Assembly (NCBI GenBank): GCA_043228905.1
Contig: JBHGNT010001059.1
Location: 1 to 12,499, forward strand
Source: Azolla caroliniana
Taxonomy: Eukaryota; Plantae; Polypodiophyta
Direction of reading: 5' to 3'
Length of the DNA stretch: 12,499 nt
A model generated the notes under the pieces. It worked only from the letters and a program-made list of their open reading frames with translations. It was not told the origin of the DNA and ran no database searches. A program made the translations under genes and the position numbers. Shown piece by piece: positions 10,096 through 12,499 of this stretch. The first letter of the stretch is position 1; the number at the start of each line of letters is the position of its first letter.

Positions 10096-10112
10096 GAGAA
10101 CTCTTCATTGGC

Positions 10113-10311
10113 GCACTATTTATCTTCATCCACACTTGTGGTGTTCAACACGTTGTATGCACTATATATGTTTGGGCACATGTTAGGTATAGGTTCACAT
10201 GTGTGTATGTGCACTATTTATCTTCATCCACACTTGTGGTGTTCAACACGTTGTATGGACTATATATTTTTGGGCACATGTTAGGAATAGGTTCACGTGT
10301 GTGTATGTGCA
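10113..10311. repeat. 98-bp tandem duplication (2 copies, 4 mismatches) upstream of the F-box gene
   Basis: Copy 1 is 10113-10210 and copy 2 is 10211-10308. Both start GCACTATTTATCTTCATCCACACTTGTGGTGTTCAACACGTTG. Manual alignment gives 94/98 identity. Confidence 0.95.
10294..10299. promoter_or_regulatory. G-box (CACGTG) in the upstream duplication
   Basis: Exact motif about 750 bp upstream of ATG 9546, within a cluster of CACATG/CACTTG/CACGTT sites. Function is unproven. Confidence 0.35.
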
Positions 10312-10931
10312 ATATGGATACAACATCATCTTCCTCATAATGCAAGCTAACGGAAGAAGAAGTATCTCCACGTAAAACAAACATTTGATACATGTGTCTA
10401 AAAAGTATGTTAAGGGGATATTTTTTATTTACTCCATGATCGACATCCCCACAAATAAGTTTCTTTGTGTGCCTTGATACGGTTAGACATAACAAGGTTT
10501 TCGATCGATAGGGAAATGTCTAGATCACATTCTAAATCTTGGCCTCAATCTGTATCTCGCCTTTCGAGTTTCTCGATTGCGCGACCTATTTAGGGATGCG
10601 AAAATGGAAGTGAATGCCAAAACAATCAAACTTTTTATTGAATACGTACTCGTTGGAATTTGAGATGGAAAAAAAGAAGAAATGAGGCATCGAGAGAGAG
10701 TATTGTTTAAAAAAGGGTCATGCAGGCATGTTTGATTAATGAGGTGCCAATTTGGGATTACGGACAAGAGTGTGAATGGGCATTCGGTGTTGAGGCTATA
10801 AGTTAACACATACACTTTCGTTGGCTCCCAATGGTTTTGCAAACGAGGACAATACACGAGTTCCCAAGAGAAAGAGGTCGACAATCGAGCACTTTCTAGG
10901 GCACATGAACCCCCCCACCACCACGGTCCAC

Positions 10932-10965
10932 CACACACACACACACACACACAATAAATAAATAA
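10932..10965. repeat. (CA)11 microsatellite followed by (AATA)3
   Basis: Seen in the sequence. Confidence 0.92.
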
Positions 10966-11430
10966 AAACAGCTTTGAAATATAAAGGCGAAAGAAAGGGG
11001 ATCACAAAAAGGTGCTATTTTTAAAAGCTGAGGCAAAAAGGTAACTTATTTTGATTATTTAGAGAGTGGGGGTGACCTTTTTACGCTTTTTGCCGAGAAT
11101 CAAGGAGGAACGAGAAGATAAACAAAGAAAGAGAATCATGGGAGTCCAAATGTAGAAAGCCTTCTCCGTCTTTTGTGTGTTTTGGTCGGCATAAACAATT
11201 TGCCATCCCATCCACCACCCCCCACCATACCATACCATCACATGTATTTAAGTCCACCTTTTTGTTACCACTTAAACCCCCACCTCCCAAGTCACCCACC
11301 AAAGAAAGACAAAAGAAGTTTGCCTCCCCAGCCATATCAACATACTTAACTCTTGACCCTTCTTGCTTACGACTATGACATCCTTCACCTTGATGCGTTC
11401 TTGTTTGTGCATGTAATCTCCACCTGCAAA

Positions 11431-11444
11431 CATTGGCGCCGTTG
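11431..11444 (+). mobile_element. Possible LTR-end (CA) plus tRNA-Asp primer-binding-site remnant
   Basis: CA-T-TGGCGCCGTTG. The 11 nt are complementary to the 3' end of plant cytosolic tRNA-Asp, the PBS type used by Athila-like Ty3 elements. No gag/pol or second LTR is recognisable. Confidence 0.25.
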
Positions 11445-12499
11445 AGAGAGCTTCATAGAGAGGCTATGTGATGAATTTCTATGGTGGCGCACACAGAATG
11501 TGAGCATTGAGGACCAATAACTATATACTAATTATGGGTAGGGTCGTTTTGGTTCTTTTTATTGTGAAAGGTCAGCCATGACATCAATGGATAAATGTGA
11601 ACAAGGAACGCATGTGGAATGTGTGAATTGTATTGTTAGAAACAAGAGCGTGTGATCTGGTCATCTATTATGAATCAAAAAGAGGTTACAATCTTCTAGG
11701 ATTTCTTGGAATTTAAAGTCCAACATGTACCCCTACACTAGTTTTAAGCAAATGGGTGGCCCACATAATTTAAAGTGTTTTGCGAGCTTAACACATGTCC
11801 AAGCAATTGAAGTTGTAATAGTGAGACTAATACTAGCATAACATCATAGGGCACGATTCTTTTTTCTTCTTTTTCTTTTATGAAGATTCACCTTGGTATT
11901 AATGGAAAGATGCCCAATGGCTGCAAAGAACTCATACATGAAAATACAACCACCATACCCACATCAACCAACATGTCGAATAGCAAAAGCCCTCACGCAA
12001 CTACCTTAGAAACTGCATTTACACATCTAAAATCGGGATCATAGGCCACGATTGTCACTAACATCAATTAAAATAAAAGTTTAACTTTGTTGGTTCTCAC
12101 TACCTTTTCTTGCAGCATATCCTTAACTTCATCCACGACACTTGGCATCCAACTCCCAAAGCGTTTTTTAAGGTGCTTTCATGCCTTTAAATGAACACCA
12201 TAAAAAAGGTAAGATTGTTTTGTTTTTCTCAAAACTTGTCGCAATCATCACCTTATATTATCTAGCACCTTTTACAAGTACACGCATTTAGAGGAAAGAA
12301 CTTAAACAACAATTTAACCTTTTTGATAACATTCTTGGTCAAACTGGCAAGTTTTACTAGAAAATGTTCCAAAACTGAACCTACACCTCTAAAATAAGCT
12401 AAGAGACAAGAGAAACCCAACGAAATAGTGTTCTAAGTCTATATTTACTTTGGAGTGGATGCTCCATTCTTTTGAACTAGACGTTCGTGGTGACCATGT

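Noticed and set aside
7714-10311. Spaced repeats considered as a CRISPR-like array
   Set aside because: Eukaryotic context, only 2-3 copies, the intervening sequences are themselves homologous, and there are no cas genes.
9889-11378. Short ORFs upstream of the gene (including 9889-10284 and 10525-10950)
   Set aside because: They run through microsatellites and the 98-bp duplication and have non-protein-like composition.

Overview
AT-rich eukaryotic (land-plant) genomic DNA with one confidently identifiable gene. It is an apparently intronless minus-strand F-box/kelch-repeat gene of the KUF1/SKIP25 (KARRIKIN UP-REGULATED F-BOX 1) family, with stop at 8044 and start at 9630 or, more plausibly, 9546. 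Low gene density and microsatellite-rich gene flanks suggest a large-genome plant such as a fern; this is inference only. The upstream region (9547-10311) is the most structured part of the window. It holds a (GA)28 tract preceded by ATGs in all three frames, a G-quadruplex motif, a run of period-5 microsatellites, a TATA candidate and a 98-bp tandem duplication rich in E/G-boxes. Positions 1-7600 and 11400-12499 look like non-coding or decayed repeat DNA, with a ~106-nt foldback, short duplications and a possible tRNA-Asp primer-binding site. I cannot demonstrate a new biological system from sequence alone; the three-frame ATG plus microsatellite leader is the best candidate.
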